NCBI GenBank assembly: GCA_045603905.1 | Contig: JAZUNA010000041.1 | Location: forward strand, 3,000-66,999 | Direction of reading: 5' to 3' | DNA: 64,000 nucleotides | From: Oxalobacter sp. | Lineage (GTDB): Bacteria > Pseudomonadota > Gammaproteobacteria > Burkholderiales > Burkholderiaceae_D | Shown here: piece by piece, positions 61,111 to 64,000 of the stretch | Position numbering within the stretch: the first letter of the stretch is position 1 | Layout: each line of letters starts with the position of its first letter | The notes under the pieces: generated by a model | The model's input: only the letters and a program-made list of their open reading frames with translations | The model's database searches: none | What the model was told of the DNA's origin: nothing | Translations under genes and position numbers: made by a program

Positions 61111-61568
61111 TTTCCCCAGTTACAAGGACCAACATAAGCTTCTTTTTGTTCATATTTTTCTCCGGTTGCAACAACAGCACCCGTATCAACACGTCGTAAG
61201 ATTGCTAGTTCCTTATCCTTATCTTCCTGTAATATGTACTCAACGCCTGGCAAAACCTCTGCTTCAAAACTGTAGCAACGTAAATCAGAAGGCATGACAA
61301 AGTGACCAGTTTGAATGTTCATTCCCATAAATTTATGATACCCAGGGGTAATGACATAAACATAATCACTATAAGGATTCGGTAACTTAAGGCTATTTAG
61401 CCTTTCGCTATCCAACCCTCGTAAAAACATATTTCCTTCTTTAATACGGGCGGTTTCAGCAGGTTTTCCTTTTGGGGCGCCTCCTAAAGGTAATTCTTCA
61501 GGTTTTTTGCATCCAGCAAGACCACATATCAAAAAAAGAACGGTTAAAAGACAAGTTAGAAAACGCAT
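61107..61568 (-). CDS. Hypothetical lipoprotein
   Basis: Lipobox LAGC; 4-nt overlap with the GNAT gene. Confidence 0.75.
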   Translation of the reverse strand: MRFLTCLLTVLFLICGLAGCKKPEELPLGGAPKGKPAETARIKEGNMFLRGLDSERLNSLKLPNPYSDYVYVITPGYHKFMGMNIQTGHFVMPSDLRCYSFEAEVLPGVEYILQEDKDKELAILRRVDTGAVVATGEKYEQKEAYVGPCNWGK

Positions 61569-61576
61569 GAGACAAA

Positions 61577-62224
61577 TTATTTAGATTGAGTTAATTTTTT
61601 GTAAAAACGAAATAATGTACCAAAGATAACGGGAACAATAGCCGCACAAATACCAATCAATACAATCGTATTGAGATGGTCGCGAATAATCGGGATGTTT
61701 CCAAAAAAGTATCCCGCCACCACTAAACTGATTACCCAGCCTATTCCACCAGAAATGTTATAAAACTGGAATCGAGAAAAAGGCATATCGGAAACGCCTG
61801 CTACAAAAGGAGCAAACGTACGAACTATCGGTACAAAACGAGAAATAGTGATGGTTTTTCCACCATGTTTGTTGAAAAACGCTTGTGTACGTTCTAAAGC
61901 TGCTTTATCAAGCCACGCATAATCTTTGGTAAAAACTTTCTGCCCTACTTTTTTCCCTATCCAGTAATTAAGTGTATTTCCAGTAATAGCAGCAATAATC
62001 AGTAAAACCATTAATAGCCATATATCCATGGCTCCCGTTGCGCAAAATGCGCCGGAAATAAAAAGAAGAGAATCTCCTGGCAAAAAAGGAGTAACAACAA
62101 GCCCAGTTTCACAGAAAACAATGCCAAATAGAACAACATAAACCAATGTTCCATATTGGCTAATAACAAGACCGAGTGTTTTATCGACATGAATAATCAT
62201 GTCAAGAAACTGCATGAAATCCAT
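61577..62224 (-). CDS. dedA: DedA-family membrane protein
   Basis: ETGLVVTPFLPGDSLLF, HGGKTI..RFVPIVRTFAPFVAG. Confidence 0.93.
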   Translation of the reverse strand: MDFMQFLDMIIHVDKTLGLVISQYGTLVYVVLFGIVFCETGLVVTPFLPGDSLLFISGAFCATGAMDIWLLMVLLIIAAITGNTLNYWIGKKVGQKVFTKDYAWLDKAALERTQAFFNKHGGKTITISRFVPIVRTFAPFVAGVSDMPFSRFQFYNISGGIGWVISLVVAGYFFGNIPIIRDHLNTIVLIGICAAIVPVIFGTLFRFYKKLTQSK

Positions 62225-62425
62225 AAATATCTTAAATTGATTTCTTTTTATATAAGAAACAAAATATACAGGATAAAAACAAAGATTGGTATTTTATATA
62301 GTTTTTTTACGACAAAAATGAGAAAACATTATACTTTTGCTTTTCTTCTTTCATTCGAGATTTTATAAAGACCAGATTATAATCTCCTCATAAAAAAAGA
62401 ATTATTGTCTGTTTTAGGCGTAGAT

Positions 62426-64000
62426 ATGCCACAAATTCACGTTTTACCTGATCAATTAATTTCCCAAATTGCAGCCGGAGAAGTCATAGAACGCCCTGCT
62501 GCTGTTGTAAAAGAATTGCTTGAAAATGCTATCGATGCCGGTGCAACCCGTATTGATATTCGGTTGCAAAATGGTGGCATTAAAAGAATTGCAATCACGG
62601 ATAATGGCAAAGGCATTGCATCAGAACAATTAAAGTTGGCATTAACAAGACATGCCACTTCAAAAATTTATTCTCTTGATGATCTGGAAAACGTTGTAAC
62701 CTTAGGTTTTCGTGGTGAAGCTTTGGCTTCGATTGCGGCAGTAGCGGAAATTGAAATTACTTCACGAACACAAAATACAGCTCATGCATGGAAAATTAAT
62801 GGAAATACCTTTCAAGATGATCCTTTCCCTGCATCGGGTGATCCAGGAACAACAATAGATGTTCGAGATTTATATATCAAAACACCAGCACGAAGAAAGT
62901 TTTTAAAAACCGAACAAACAGAATATGGGCACTGTATATCTGTCATCGAACGTATTGCACTTTCTCGACCTGATATTCACTTTACCCTTTCTCACAATGA
63001 TAGAACAACCTTTCAGTGGTCCTCCGGAACACTGGAAAAACGCGCAGAAATGATTCTTGGCAAGGAATTTGCCGAAGCTAAAATCTTCATTGATCAAGCT
63101 ACCGGAGAGGGATCAAAACGCCTTCGTCTTTTTGGTTTCATTGGACAACCATCCATTGCAAAAAACAAGGCTGACTCACAGTATTTTTACGTTAACGGCC
63201 GTTTTGTTCGCGATAGATTGTTAACACATGCATTACGCTCAGCTTATGAAGATGTCTTATATGGAAATCGTTTTCCTGTTTATGCATTGTTTTTGGAAAT
63301 AGCGCCAACTGCAGTTGATGTAAATGTTCATCCATCAAAAATAGAAGTCCGTTTTAGAGAAAGTCATAGTATTCATCAGTTTATTTTTCATACTGTTAGC
63401 CAAGCACTCGGCAAAACAAAAACAGCTGACTTACCCTCAACTGTTTCTACATCTTCATTCGCAAACAAATACTTTTCCAGTTTTGCTGATCAAAATAAAA
63501 TCAAACAAAATCAAACTTCGTATGATCAATTTGTTTCCTCAACAATACATCCGGACAACGAAAAACAGCCTTTAATAGATAAAAGTAATACCCCAGAAGA
63601 AGTTTCATTTTCAGGTATTGCTCCTGAACCAACAAACGAAATACAGATCGAACATCCATTGGGATATGCACTGGCACAACTTCGTGACACATGGATCTTG
63701 GCTCAAAATAAAAATGGGTTAATCTTGGTCGATATGCATGCCGCTCACGAACGAATCCTGTATGAAAAATTAAAAGCCGCTGCAGACACCAATACATTAC
63801 AAATACAATCTCTTTTGGTACCTATTACTTTTAAAGCAAGCAATATACAAGAAGGTATTGCAATGGAATATAGTGATACCTTGATGTCACTGGGGTTAGA
63901 TATTGCCTCTTTATTACCCGGCACACTTGTTATACGGAGTATCCCTTCTTTATTAGGTCATGCCGACATTGAAACTATAGTAAAAGACATTCTTATTGAA
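62426..64000 (+). CDS. mutL: DNA mismatch repair endonuclease MutL (runs off the window end; absent from the ORF track)
   Basis: IAAGEVIERPA, ELLENAIDAG, DNGKG, RHATSK, GFRGEAL, VDVNVHPSK, and in-frame DMHAAHERILYE endonuclease motif. Confidence 0.96.
   Translation, partial: MPQIHVLPDQLISQIAAGEVIERPAAVVKELLENAIDAGATRIDIRLQNGGIKRIAITDNGKGIASEQLKLALTRHATSKIYSLDDLENVVTLGFRGEALASIAAVAEIEITSRTQNTAHAWKINGNTFQDDPFPASGDPGTTIDVRDLYIKTPARRKFLKTEQTEYGHCISVIERIALSRPDIHFTLSHNDRTTFQWSSGTLEKRAEMILGKEFAEAKIFIDQATGEGSKRLRLFGFIGQPSIAKNKADSQYFYVNGRFVRDRLLTHALRSAYEDVLYGNRFPVYALFLEIAPTAVDVNVHPSKIEVRFRESHSIHQFIFHTVSQALGKTKTADLPSTVSTSSFANKYFSSFADQNKIKQNQTSYDQFVSSTIHPDNEKQPLIDKSNTPEEVSFSGIAPEPTNEIQIEHPLGYALAQLRDTWILAQNKNGLILVDMHAAHERILYEKLKAAADTNTLQIQSLLVPITFKASNIQEGIAMEYSDTLMSLGLDIASLLPGTLVIRSIPSLLGHADIETIVKDILIE

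Noticed and set aside
1-64000. tRNA, rRNA, transposase, integrase, reverse transcriptase or prophage genes
   Set aside because: No such motifs were recognised in ORFs or intergenic regions by eye; tRNAscan/Infernal would be needed to exclude small RNAs

Overview
AT-rich (roughly one-third GC by eye) chromosomal window from an anaerobic, oxalate-using betaproteobacterium of the Oxalobacter lineage. The assignment rests on an O. formigenes-like formyl-CoA transferase, a Burkholderiales-type porin, and prfA/prmC/purN/rsmB/dedA/mutL core genes. Left to right: a biofilm locus (T1SS TolC plus a LapA-type retention-module RTX adhesin, divergent from pgaBCD with no pgaA); a MoxR/VWA pair; cysK-Rrf2; an EmrAB-OMF efflux system with TetR; class III RNR nrdDG with FNR/NrdR-like boxes; two decayed pseudogenes (Nudix, porin); copA; a MATE with an attenuator-like leader; a four-domain MFS-PlsC-ACP-AMP ligase; an frc-centred block (twin alpha/beta hydrolases, a small unknown protein, an AAA+ ATPase, a structured leader, a class I CoA-transferase); a hydantoinase-like/HDAC pair; housekeeping genes; homospermidine synthase; and a truncated mutL. 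No rRNA, tRNA, CRISPR array, transposase or phage genes were recognised. The best candidates for undescribed biology are the frc accessory module, two promoter-linked structured leaders (MATE, and 48285-48590), and a possible internally initiated CopZ within copA. All family assignments come from motif recognition by eye, not from database searches.
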